From an uncultured virus (IMG/VR IMGVR_UViG_3300021092_000032) (Duplodnaviria; Heunggongvirae; Uroviricota; Caudoviricetes): a stretch of 64,000 nucleotides of DNA. Positions 45,753-54,262 of this stretch are shown piece after piece (the first letter of the stretch is position 1; each line of letters starts with the position of its first letter). Below the pieces are notes generated by a model. The model was not told the DNA's origin, made no database searches, and saw only the letters and a program-made list of their open reading frames with translations. The stretch lies in the IMG/VR virus record IMGVR_UViG_3300021092_000032. One strand, written 5' to 3'. The translations under genes were made by a program, and so were the position numbers.

Positions 45753-45847
45753 TGTTTCGTTTTGCAACAAAGCCCTTTCGCGCCTCAGTTGGTTGCCCGC
45801 ATCATGCAGGGGTCCAGGGGGCGACCCCTGCAATCACCCCAGGCCTG
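45753..45847 (+). promoter_or_regulatory. Operator-promoter-hairpin cassette, copy 6
   Basis: TGTTTCGTTTTGCAACA, TTCGCG-17-CATCAT, CAGGGG-GCGA-CCCCTG. Confidence 0.75.
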
Positions 45848-46363
45848 ATGAATCTGTTTGCTTGTGACTTGCACCCTGCCGCCGCTGCTCGGTGCCTACC
45901 GTCCAAGCTGATTGTCAAAATGCCCGTAGAGACCTGCCAAATGCTGGCGGTCAACCTTGGCCCTTTGTGCCTTGACTGGGGCGGCATCCGTAAAAAGGAC
46001 GGCACCTTTTACCGTCACCGTGGCTTCATCAACCATCCCTGCACTGTGTGGGGCCGTGCCAATGGGTCAAACATGGCCTGGATGATTGCGCATGGCCTGG
46101 CCTTGGCCAACGAATATCGCATTCGCTACGGCAAAACCCATCCCACACTGGACGCGCTTGTGGATGCCTACTGCCTGTTCCGCGTAAACACAGGGACCAC
46201 GCTGGCAGCATACAAACAAGTCAGCGGCTTTGCCCGTGCAATGCCTGACGAGCTGCGGTTTGACACCACTATCAGCGACGTGGAGGCATACCGCCGTTAC
46301 CTGCGCACTAAAACGTATGCAGAATGGCGCCGCCGCCCGCAAGCTCAGCCCGCATGGTGGTGA
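45848..46363 (+). CDS. Pyrimidine-dimer DNA glycosylase (DenV-related) family protein
   Basis: MN.F......A..LP.K..VKM..E..QML, NHPC..W, L..EY..RYGK.H, AMP, YR.Y...K...W.R...P.W. Confidence 0.78.
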   Translation: MNLFACDLHPAAAARCLPSKLIVKMPVETCQMLAVNLGPLCLDWGGIRKKDGTFYRHRGFINHPCTVWGRANGSNMAWMIAHGLALANEYRIRYGKTHPTLDALVDAYCLFRVNTGTTLAAYKQVSGFARAMPDELRFDTTISDVEAYRRYLRTKTYAEWRRRPQAQPAWW

Positions 46364-46422
46364 CTCCGCGCAAATGGTGCGCAAAAGGCCTGATACGCTG
46401 GCGGTGTTGAGGGGATTTGTGA

Positions 46423-46456
46423 GGCCCGCAAGTTGCTGAGCTTGCGGGCTTTTTTT
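46423..46456 (+). terminator. Intrinsic terminator
   Basis: GCCCGCAAG-ttgctgag-CTTGCGGGC followed by T7. Confidence 0.8.
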
Positions 46457-46524
46457 ATGCGCATTTGATGGATCGTGTGGCGAAGCAAGTGGTGGGCAAC
46501 GTTGCCGCCAGTTTGGGCGTTTAG
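46456..46524 (+). pseudogene. Second tyrosine-integrase C-terminal stump
   Basis: YAHLMDRVAKQVVGNVAASLGV* aligns ungapped with 262-330 (12/22 identical by hand). Confidence 0.7.
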
Positions 46525-46526
46525 GC

Positions 46527-46606
46527 CAAACCTCATGGAAGCTCAAGGAACCTCATGGAACCTCATGGAACCTCATGGAACCTCAAAGAACCTCATGGAA
46601 CGTTCA
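46527..46606 (+). repeat. Decamer array (7-8 units)
   Basis: GGAACCTCAT period. Confidence 0.95.
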
Positions 46607-46632
46607 GACTGACGGCATGAGCACCGATACCA

Positions 46633-46827
46633 GTGCCCCGCGAGTGGAACACGCCAGTCCGCGAGCCGTGGAATCCGGTGATTCTGCAGCTTTTGCGTGC
46701 TGTCGATCATCACAACAGCCAGTTCCTCGCCACGGGGGATCACTGGCACGCTGAAAAGGCTGAGCAGTTGCGGCAGTATGTGCGCGAACTAAAAACCTGG
46801 ATACACCAGCAGGAAGGCCGCATTTAG
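46633..46827 (+). CDS. Small hypothetical protein
   Basis: ORF flanked by decamer arrays; 3' end duplicated at the window start. Confidence 0.7.
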   Translation: MPREWNTPVREPWNPVILQLLRAVDHHNSQFLATGDHWHAEKAEQLRQYVRELKTWIHQQEGRI

Positions 46828-46843
46828 CAACCCACCCCCACAT

Positions 46844-46893
46844 GGAACCTCATGGAACCTCATGGAACCTCAAGGAACCTCATGGAACCTCAA
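46844..46893 (+). repeat. Decamer array (5 units)
   Basis: GGAACCTCA(T/A) period. Confidence 0.95.
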
Positions 46894-46902
46894 TTAGCGC
46901 CG

Positions 46903-47190
46903 CTAAGGCCCGGCAAACACGTCCGGACTACCCTGCGCCACGCTGGTACAGCCGCTGATCGCATCACCTACGCGGCCGGCGCCCTTGCCGTTAACGAACA
47001 CGCTGGTACTACCCACAGCAATCGGCGCAGCATGGCCGGGGCAAGGAGTGCCCGGCAGTAGGTGGCCGGTGTTGTTGTCACCCTGGCGGCTCCAGGCAAT
47101 ACCGTTCACAAACACGTCCGGGCTACCCTGCGCCCGTGTCATGCCCGAGCAATGGGGCACATCAGCATCACCGATTCTGGTGGCGGCCGG
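46903..47190 (-). CDS. PAAR-repeat spike tip protein (module B)
   Basis: Homolog of 327..614; GTG start inferred. Confidence 0.9.
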   Translation of the reverse strand, partial: PAATRIGDADVPHCSGMTRAQGSPDVFVNGIAWSRQGDNNTGHLLPGTPCPGHAAPIAVGSTSVFVNGKGAGRVGDAISGCTSVAQGSPDVFAGP

Positions 47191-47395
47191 CACGTTCACG
47201 CTCCATCAGTTCTTGCAGCCTGCCACACCAGGCATCCATCTCGGCGTGCTGTGCAGCCGTGTGAGGGGGCGCCGGGATTGCCGGCAGAAAGGCGATCACG
47301 TTGTCAAACACGTCTGGAATGTCTTCCCACCGCGTAAACGTGCAAAGGTGCCCGCTGATACGCAGGACAAAGCGATGCCTCAGTTCTTCGGCCAC
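47168..47395 (-). CDS. Hypothetical protein, homolog of 589..816
   Basis: RHRF...ISG....F..WEDIP...D.VI.F.P.IP.PPHT..QH.E. Confidence 0.75.
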   Translation of the reverse strand: MAEELRHRFVLRISGHLCTFTRWEDIPDVFDNVIAFLPAIPAPPHTAAQHAEMDAWCGRLQELMERERAGRHQNR

Positions 47396-47820
47396 AGCTC
47401 TCGCGGTTGCTTGCCGGTAGCCATCATCGTGGCCAGGCGTTGCGCACGCTGCCCCACTTGCTTGGCCCATTTGCTGTCCAGCATCATGGCGCCAGCCTGC
47501 GGGTAGTCGCCGGCCTTGACTGTTGCCAGCGTGTTCTTAAAGCCCAGCAAGCCGGCTATGCCGAGGTTGAAGGCCATGTCTAGGAGCACGGCCTGCCGCA
47601 CTTCATCCAAAGTTTCCACCCAGGGCAAAGCACGCGCCAGCTCGCGCCAGTGCGCGTCAATGTCGTTGCTGAGCAGCATTGCGGACTCAGCCGCGCTTAT
47701 CCCGCGAGCCTCAAGGTTTCTTCCGACGCCGATGGTCAGCTTTCCTGCGGTGCAGCGGTACGGCTTCAGGCGTTCGCCTTCGTGTAGGCGAAGCTGCCTG
47801 ATCATCGCTTCGCGGTCCAT
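47380..47820 (-). CDS. Phage lysozyme (GH24), module B
   Basis: Close homolog of 801..1244. Confidence 0.92.
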   Translation of the reverse strand: MDREAMIRQLRLHEGERLKPYRCTAGKLTIGVGRNLEARGISAAESAMLLSNDIDAHWRELARALPWVETLDEVRQAVLLDMAFNLGIAGLLGFKNTLATVKAGDYPQAGAMMLDSKWAKQVGQRAQRLATMMATGKQPRELWPKN

Positions 47821-47826
47821 CGGCCG

Positions 47827-48015
47827 CTACTTTCCCAGGATTTTGCCAATCACCCCGGCGTCAGGCTTCCGCTTGTATGGATACGCCTGGCGAGCTGCCA
47901 ACAACAGCAGCTGTAGGACGCTGTTCGACTTCAGCTTGCTCATGCCGACCAGCTCGCTGGCCACAAACAGGGCCAGGCCGATGTATTCCAGGTGGGATGC
48001 TTCCATCAGCTCCAT
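47827..48015 (-). CDS. Small membrane protein, holin candidate (B)
   Basis: HLEYIGLALFVASE..GMSKL shared with A. Confidence 0.55.
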   Translation of the reverse strand: MELMEASHLEYIGLALFVASELVGMSKLKSNSVLQLLLLAARQAYPYKRKPDAGVIGKILGK

Positions 48016-48026
48016 TTTGATTCCTC

Positions 48027-48731
48027 CTAAAGACTAGCGATGATTGCCCACCCGGTACCAGGCCCTTCAACCATCCAGCGTGGACCAAAGTTCTTGTAGC
48101 TGTAACGCAGCCTTGCCCCCCAGTTGTTCACATAGGTGCCCGACACCAGATCGCACTCACCGAAAGGGTCATGGACTACCAAGCTCGTGTCGTCGTACCC
48201 GATGGCGCAAAGGTAATGCCCCCCGCCTATGGGCCTGTTGACCGGGCCTTTGTGAAGAAAGCCAAGTGGCACCGGGATCCCTTTGTCGATTTGCTTTTTC
48301 ACCGTGTCGAAGTTGGCTTTCTGCGTGAACGCAGCCTGCACCCCATAGGTAGCCAGGGTCTTGATCTGTGCGCCGGCGTCCACCGTGTCTCCATGACGCA
48401 GCACGCGGCCAAGGTAGGCGTCGTCGCCGTTGGGCCCGTTCAAGGTGCCCGGCTTCATAGTTTCCAGCAACATGGCGCAGCTGCTGGAGAAGCACATCCG
48501 TAAGGCGTGCTGAGTAGCTGAGTCACGCTGCGAGTAGTAATGCACGCTGAGCGGGTTTGTCCTGGGCGCTGGCTCAGGTTGCTTGCCAGCGGCGCGGTAG
48601 GTCTCCGCCCAGGCGGCATCTGGCTTGAGCAGTGTGGCCGGCATAGCCTCCTGCAGTTGGCGGACGGCGGCCTGCTGATGAGGGAGGCCTTTGTAAAAAC
48701 GGAAAAAATCTTCGAGCTGAATGCTGCTCAT
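48027..48731 (-). CDS. C39-like peptidase (B)
   Basis: Catalytic domain near-identical to 1589..2308. Confidence 0.8.
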   Translation of the reverse strand: MSSIQLEDFFRFYKGLPHQQAAVRQLQEAMPATLLKPDAAWAETYRAAGKQPEPAPRTNPLSVHYYSQRDSATQHALRMCFSSSCAMLLETMKPGTLNGPNGDDAYLGRVLRHGDTVDAGAQIKTLATYGVQAAFTQKANFDTVKKQIDKGIPVPLGFLHKGPVNRPIGGGHYLCAIGYDDTSLVVHDPFGECDLVSGTYVNNWGARLRYSYKNFGPRWMVEGPGTGWAIIASL

Positions 48732-48988
48732 CGCTCTTGTGACAGTGTTTGCGGCTGGCCGAAATGCAAGCGTGGCGCAGCGGCTGTGATCAAAATCGGG
48801 ATGATGACGCTGCAAGCCAGGGCAATCCCAGCCCACCTGGCGACCGCTTTTTCCAGTTCAGCAATACGGTCAAAGGCTGTGCTCAGATCCGTGTGCTTCT
48901 GCATCAGGGCCTGGCTCATGGCGTCGAGCTTGCCCTCCAGGATGCCAAGCGCACGGTAAATATCGACGTGCGAAACCTCTTCAGACAT
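48728..48988 (-). CDS. Coiled-coil + TM protein (B)
   Basis: VSH.DIY..LG.LEGK shared with A. Confidence 0.55.
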   Translation of the reverse strand: MSEEVSHVDIYRALGILEGKLDAMSQALMQKHTDLSTAFDRIAELEKAVARWAGIALACSVIIPILITAAAPRLHFGQPQTLSQER

Positions 48989-49013
48989 GCCCTGAAACTC
49001 CAGCACTGTCATT

Positions 49014-50408
49014 CTATTTGATGCGGTAGAAGGCAGGAGCCTGGCCGTCTTGACTGGTGACCCCATCAGGCGTCGTCACTTTTGAGAATGTGCCTTTGGT
49101 TGCGCTGTTGCTGATGATCGTGCCATCGTTCTGAACGATGCCAATGCTGTCACGCATAATGGCGATGGCGCCTGCCTTTGGGTCTTTCAGCAGGGTGCCA
49201 GCGCCTTCAGCCAGGGTAGACAATGCCGTGGGAACGCTTAGAAGGTTACCCCAGGGCGGCGAGATGCCTGCCGTCTGCAATACTTTGTTAACCGCGAATA
49301 CGCAAGCGTTTTCCGGTGCTGCGGGGCCGCCTTTTGTGTTCATGTCTTTGGCTGCCTCGGCCGCTTTGGCTGTCAGCTTGGCTTTTTCGGCTGCGGGCTT
49401 GCTGTCGTTTTTCGCGGCGCCGCCCACCCAGTTACTGTCGCCCTCGCCTGCAGTGCCGCATTCAATCGACGTGCTGTAGCCACTGCTCGTTAGTTCGTGT
49501 GTGATTTGCTTGATAGCCCAAGTTCCGTCAACATACGGGCGGAAGTTTTTAAGCGTGACCAGGCCATCAGCGTTCAAGTCAGGGCGGCCAGGCAACCGCA
49601 GGCTCACGCGTACTTCGCCAGCCTTCAGGCTTTGCAAACGGCTCTCTGCGGCTTTCTTAGCCTCGGCCTGGTCGCGGAACAGTTGTTTTTCCTCAAAGAC
49701 TGGTAAAGGGCCTTTCTTGCCGAAGGTTTCATTCTTCTCCTTGTTTAACTTTCGGTCTAGGTATTTAACCTTGACGGCGCCATAGGCGCCACGGTTTTTC
49801 AAGGTAGCCCGCCAGTCCGTTACCTCGTCCACGGTAATTGCAAACTCGCCCGCCCCCGTACTGCGGGGCGTAACGATAAGTTTGCCGTCTGCGGGTTTGA
49901 TTGTGGCTTTGTATTTTTTAGCCAGGCGGGTAAGAAACGACTGGTCGCTTTCGTTGGTTTGGTCCTCATGCTTAATTTTTACACTACCCAAACCTCCTTT
50001 AATCACAGGCGTCAGGCCGTTGCGCTTAGCAATTTTGTTCACCACATCAGCGATGGTTTTGTCATGCCAGCTTTCAGTCCGTTGACCTTTCACCAGTTCA
50101 GGCGCGGTTTGCGCGGCAGTGGCTTTAATGACCATGCTGCGTGGCCCCATGGATAGCTCAATTTCGTCCACGGCATAAGCCCCCATGTAGACCGGCAATT
50201 TGCCGCCACTGCTGTAACCGAGCCAAACACGCAGCCAAGCGCCGCTACGCGGCAACGGCAGCAGGCTGTCCCGGTCATCTAAGGAAATTTCGAGACTGTC
50301 ACTTTCTTGGCCAGCAGCGTCGTTAATGCGCAGGCTCAACAGACGATCCTTTATGGCATCAGTAACATCGTTCCCGTCGGCAATGATGCGGAAGGCCGGT
50401 GTGCTCAT
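49014..50408 (-). CDS. gpD-like baseplate hub (B) with extra C-terminal CHAP/NlpC-like domain
   Basis: gpD motifs, then NACVFAVNKVL..AGI..PWG...AGAIAIM.DSIGIV..DG.IISNS. Confidence 0.82.
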   Translation of the reverse strand: MSTPAFRIIADGNDVTDAIKDRLLSLRINDAAGQESDSLEISLDDRDSLLPLPRSGAWLRVWLGYSSGGKLPVYMGAYAVDEIELSMGPRSMVIKATAAQTAPELVKGQRTESWHDKTIADVVNKIAKRNGLTPVIKGGLGSVKIKHEDQTNESDQSFLTRLAKKYKATIKPADGKLIVTPRSTGAGEFAITVDEVTDWRATLKNRGAYGAVKVKYLDRKLNKEKNETFGKKGPLPVFEEKQLFRDQAEAKKAAESRLQSLKAGEVRVSLRLPGRPDLNADGLVTLKNFRPYVDGTWAIKQITHELTSSGYSTSIECGTAGEGDSNWVGGAAKNDSKPAAEKAKLTAKAAEAAKDMNTKGGPAAPENACVFAVNKVLQTAGISPPWGNLLSVPTALSTLAEGAGTLLKDPKAGAIAIMRDSIGIVQNDGTIISNSATKGTFSKVTTPDGVTSQDGQAPAFYRIK

Positions 50409-50617
50409 GAATCCCAGATACGCAGAGTTTCAGTGCTTTGCGGCAGTTGCAGGGTGGGCAGCTCAATCATCAGGCCCTCAGGCAGTATTGGCAACAAATC
50501 AGCCAAACCAGGGTTGACGCGCAACACGGTCTCCACCGTTAGTTGCGTGCGCCCGTAGTAACGCCAGCAAATCTCGTCCAGCTCGTCAAACTGGCGCGTG
50601 ACGTAATACTGGCTCAC
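50405..50617 (-). CDS. Tail protein X-like (B)
   Basis: Homolog of 3707..3931. Confidence 0.88.
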   Translation of the reverse strand: MSQYYVTRQFDELDEICWRYYGRTQLTVETVLRVNPGLADLLPILPEGLMIELPTLQLPQSTETLRIWDS

Positions 50618-51747
50618 GATTGCACCGCCTGTTTAACAGCGTTGGTAATTTTCGGATCGACGTTTAGCATCGGCCCCAACGTTGCGGCTGCGTCCACCAT
50701 GTTGCGAAGCCCAGGGGCGGCGGAACCCGCGAGTTGCTGCAGCACGGTCGGGCTGGCTTGGCGCAGGGCTTCAATCCCAATGCTTGTAGCTGCTGGGCCT
50801 TTACCTTGCGCAAATGCCTGAGCCATCTTGGCGCCATCAACGCCAAGCTGTGCCCAGGCGTTGTTCTGTGGCACGCTGATTCCCGCTAGGCCAAATGATC
50901 CAAGCGCAGCGCCCACATAGTCCTTATTGCCGACGGCTTTTGCAATGTTGGCAATTTGCCCCAAATTGAAGCCGGCGCCTTTTGCCTGCTGCGTCACAGC
51001 GCCCAAGGCGGAGCCGGTCGCTGCCTCCAGTGCCTGAAAGGGTGAGCCACCTCCGATAAAAGTGTTTAAGCCGCTAGTGACGGCGCCGGCCAAGCCTCCA
51101 GGTAATACATTGCCCAGAACGCCACCTATGCCACCAGGCAAGACACTCCCCAGTGCCCCAGTCAGGCCGCCAGGCAAAACTGCGCCAAGGGCCCCAGTAA
51201 GGCCGCCCGGTATGACTGCACCGAGGGCGCCTGCCAAACCGCCGGGCAAAACTGCCCCCAGGGCGCCTGCCAAACCGCCGGGCACAGCGGCCGCCAAAGC
51301 GCCCTCCAGCCCGGCAGGCGATGGCACTACAGCAAGCGGGCTCGCAGCTGGCGCAGGTTTGTCCGGTGCGTAGTAGACAAGGAGGATGTTGAAACCAATT
51401 TCGCGGGCGTTTCCACCCTCCGCGAATGTTCCTTTGCTTTCCTTAAGTTGTTTTATAGCCCATTGGCCGTAAACCTTGCCTAGGCCATCGGTAAACATCA
51501 ATGGTTCGCCCTTGACGGCGATTTTGCGAAGATCCTCCAGCGTGTTTTGCTTTCCGCTGAAGCCGGGATACAGCACGCCGTCCAGCGTGATTTGTTGTGA
51601 GCCAGGGCCTACAAACTGCTGCGCAGGGTCGCGCAAGAGGCGTCCTTGTTCCTCCCAGCGGTAGTTCGCATCCCACTCCAGCTTCTGCGGAACACCGTTT
51701 GGCAGGTCAAACTGGAAATCGCCAAGCTGGAACAGTGGCTTAGTCAT
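50614..51747 (-). CDS. gpU-like protein (B) with Gly/Ala-rich extension
   Basis: gpU domain, then repeated GGL(A/T)GALGAVLP. Confidence 0.82.
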   Translation of the reverse strand: MTKPLFQLGDFQFDLPNGVPQKLEWDANYRWEEQGRLLRDPAQQFVGPGSQQITLDGVLYPGFSGKQNTLEDLRKIAVKGEPLMFTDGLGKVYGQWAIKQLKESKGTFAEGGNAREIGFNILLVYYAPDKPAPAASPLAVVPSPAGLEGALAAAVPGGLAGALGAVLPGGLAGALGAVIPGGLTGALGAVLPGGLTGALGSVLPGGIGGVLGNVLPGGLAGAVTSGLNTFIGGGSPFQALEAATGSALGAVTQQAKGAGFNLGQIANIAKAVGNKDYVGAALGSFGLAGISVPQNNAWAQLGVDGAKMAQAFAQGKGPAATSIGIEALRQASPTVLQQLAGSAAPGLRNMVDAAATLGPMLNVDPKITNAVKQAVQS

Positions 51748-54262
51748 TTAGCAGCACCCGGTGGCGGGATTCAATTTGGCGCTGGATGTCCATAAAGGCC
51801 ATCTCCACCTGCTGGCGAATTTCATTGGCGTCGCCGCCTGTTGTGTTGATCGTAACGGGGGCGTTGATGGTTACAGGTGCGGCGGCCTGGGCCTGCTGGG
51901 GTGGCAGCGGCGCCTGAATTGTGAGCGGTGCTGCTGCCGCAGGCTGGGCAGCCATCATGGCAGTCATTGCACTTGCTGTCAGCGGCCGAGCAATGCGTGG
52001 CACGATGGCGCCGTTCATGCCAGGCACGAACAATTCAGGCCGGCGTTCACCCACGAGGTAGGGGCTGCCTTTGCTGACCGGGCCGCCAGATGCGCGGCCA
52101 GGTGGGCGGCTGCCGGTGTTTGGAGTTGTGGCAGGCGCTCCGCCGCCGCCCACAAATGATTTAATGCGATTCCATGTCCCGCTGATCCAACCAAACAGCT
52201 CAGTAGCCTTGGCTTTCAGTCCGTCCAGGATGGCTTGGATTACAAGCTGGCCCACGCTGGCGACCCGTTGCGGCGTTTGCTGAATAAAGGCCACCACTTG
52301 ATTGAAAATGCCTTGCACACCTGGCGGCAACTTACCGAAAAGCCCCAGAATTAAACTGGGTATGGGGAACATGATTGCCAGGATTCTCGGCCCCCATTGC
52401 ATGAAAAATCCAATGACTCGGTTGATCATGCCTTGCATGAAGGCGGCATAACCGTTCCAGATGCCTTGCATAAAGGCGATGGCGCCGTTCCAGGCGCCTT
52501 GGATGACGCCAGCAGCACCCTGGAAAATGCCGCCCAGCCAGGCACCCAAGCCACTAAAAGCGCCCTGCATAAAGGCGATGGCGCCGTTCCAGGCGCCTTG
52601 GATGACGCCAGCAGCACCCTGGAAAATGCCGCCCAGCCAGGCACCCAAGCCACTTAAAGCGCCCTGCGCGGCCGCCATGCCCTGCTGGAACACGCCCCCG
52701 ATCCAGGTGGTGAAGCGCCCCCAGGTGGCCACCACGGCCCCCCAGGCGCTGGCCATTGCGGCCTTCACCTTGTCCCAGTTCTTGACGAGCAGGTAGACGC
52801 CGACGCCGATACCGGCAATCAGTGCAATCCAGGGCAGCAAGGGCAGCATCGCCGCGCCAATGGTGCTGCCCAGCACCGCGAACACGGTGCCGATGCCAGC
52901 GAGGATAGGCGTGGCAGCCGCCACAGCGGCGCCGATGGTGCCGATGGCGCTAATCACGCCGGCAATAATTGGCAGCGCAATGATCAGGCCTGCCAGCGCA
53001 CCGCCGATCAAGACGATGCCTGTAACAAGGCCTTGATTTTTCTGTGCAAATTCGCCAAGGCCCACCAGCACGGGTGTCACGGCCTTCATAATTGCGTTCA
53101 GGCTCGGCAGCAGGGCAGTCCCGATGCTGATACCCATTGCCTGCAGGCCGTTCTGGAAAATCTTGGCCTGCGCCCCAGATGTTGCCATCTGGTTCTTGAA
53201 CTCCTTTTGCATGGAGCCCGCAAAAGCGGACTTATCTGCAACCAAATCAAAAGCCTGATCAAGGAGCTTTGTGTTGGTGAGCAGCGGCATGATCGCCGCT
53301 TTGCTTTCTTCGCCAAACAACGCGCCAGCAATGCTCACCCGCTTTTCGGGGGAGAGGTTGGCCATTGCCTTCATCACCGACTTGATGGTGCCTTCGGCGT
53401 CGGTCTGCATCCCTTTGGCCAGCTTGCTCGAGACATCGCTCCCGAACATGGTTTCCAGGGCTTCGACCTGTTTCTTCGTGGCCTGTTCGCCCTTGGTTAG
53501 GGCGTTGAGGAAATTCTTCAGGCCAGTGCTGGCGACATCAACAGGCGTGCCAGAAGCAAGGAACGCGGCACCCAGGCCCGCGATTTCTTCTTTCGCCAAG
53601 CCAGCTGATTTCCCAATAGCACCGATCCTGGTGGTAAGGCTTACAAGATCGGCAGCGTTAACCGTGCCCTGGAACTTGTCGGACAGGTAATTGATTGCAT
53701 CGCCAAGCTCAATGACCTCGGGCTGCGTGATGCCAAGCTGCGCCCGCATGGCGACCATCGCTTCGCCAGCAGCCTCGGCCGTCATCTGGAAGGCCACGCC
53801 CATCGCGGCGGCGGTCTTCGTGAAGGGGATTATGTCTTTCTCGGCATAGCCCGCAAAGCCAGCGGCGGCGGCAATCTTGGTGAGCTGCTCTGCGGTGTAT
53901 GGCAACTCCCCGCTCAGTTTGATTAGCTGGTTCCCAAACCGTGTGACACCAGCTGCGCCGTCCTCAAAGTCAATGGCCTTGCGAATGTCCGCCATGGCGG
54001 CGTCAAACTTCATGGCCTCGCGCACGCTCAGGCCAACAGCCCCGGCAAACGCGGTCGCGCCGATTGTGGCCTGCTGCCACAAATCGTTACTAAAAATGTT
54101 CTTGAAGCTTTTCTTGCCGCTGGTGGCGGCGTCGTTCATCGTCCGTGAGACGTTGCGCCCAAACGACGAAACCTGGCTCTGGGCCGTTTGGAGCGACGAG
54201 CGAAGTGAGGCGGCAATTTTGCCGCCGATCTCAACCGTAATCTTGCTGAGCCCGCCGGTCAT
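51740..54262 (-). CDS. Tape measure protein B (840 aa)
   Basis: Helical Ala/Gly-rich; C-terminal RASGGPV..G.PYLVGE..PELFVP; internal 99-bp duplication. Confidence 0.92.
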   Translation of the reverse strand: MTGGLSKITVEIGGKIAASLRSSLQTAQSQVSSFGRNVSRTMNDAATSGKKSFKNIFSNDLWQQATIGATAFAGAVGLSVREAMKFDAAMADIRKAIDFEDGAAGVTRFGNQLIKLSGELPYTAEQLTKIAAAAGFAGYAEKDIIPFTKTAAAMGVAFQMTAEAAGEAMVAMRAQLGITQPEVIELGDAINYLSDKFQGTVNAADLVSLTTRIGAIGKSAGLAKEEIAGLGAAFLASGTPVDVASTGLKNFLNALTKGEQATKKQVEALETMFGSDVSSKLAKGMQTDAEGTIKSVMKAMANLSPEKRVSIAGALFGEESKAAIMPLLTNTKLLDQAFDLVADKSAFAGSMQKEFKNQMATSGAQAKIFQNGLQAMGISIGTALLPSLNAIMKAVTPVLVGLGEFAQKNQGLVTGIVLIGGALAGLIIALPIIAGVISAIGTIGAAVAAATPILAGIGTVFAVLGSTIGAAMLPLLPWIALIAGIGVGVYLLVKNWDKVKAAMASAWGAVVATWGRFTTWIGGVFQQGMAAAQGALSGLGAWLGGIFQGAAGVIQGAWNGAIAFMQGAFSGLGAWLGGIFQGAAGVIQGAWNGAIAFMQGIWNGYAAFMQGMINRVIGFFMQWGPRILAIMFPIPSLILGLFGKLPPGVQGIFNQVVAFIQQTPQRVASVGQLVIQAILDGLKAKATELFGWISGTWNRIKSFVGGGGAPATTPNTGSRPPGRASGGPVSKGSPYLVGERRPELFVPGMNGAIVPRIARPLTASAMTAMMAAQPAAAAPLTIQAPLPPQQAQAAAPVTINAPVTINTTGGDANEIRQQVEMAFMDIQRQIESRHRVLLND

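Noticed and set aside
46364..46460. tRNA gene or tRNA-derived att core
   Set aside because: No cloverleaf or GTTCRA T-loop recognisable; only a terminator hairpin.
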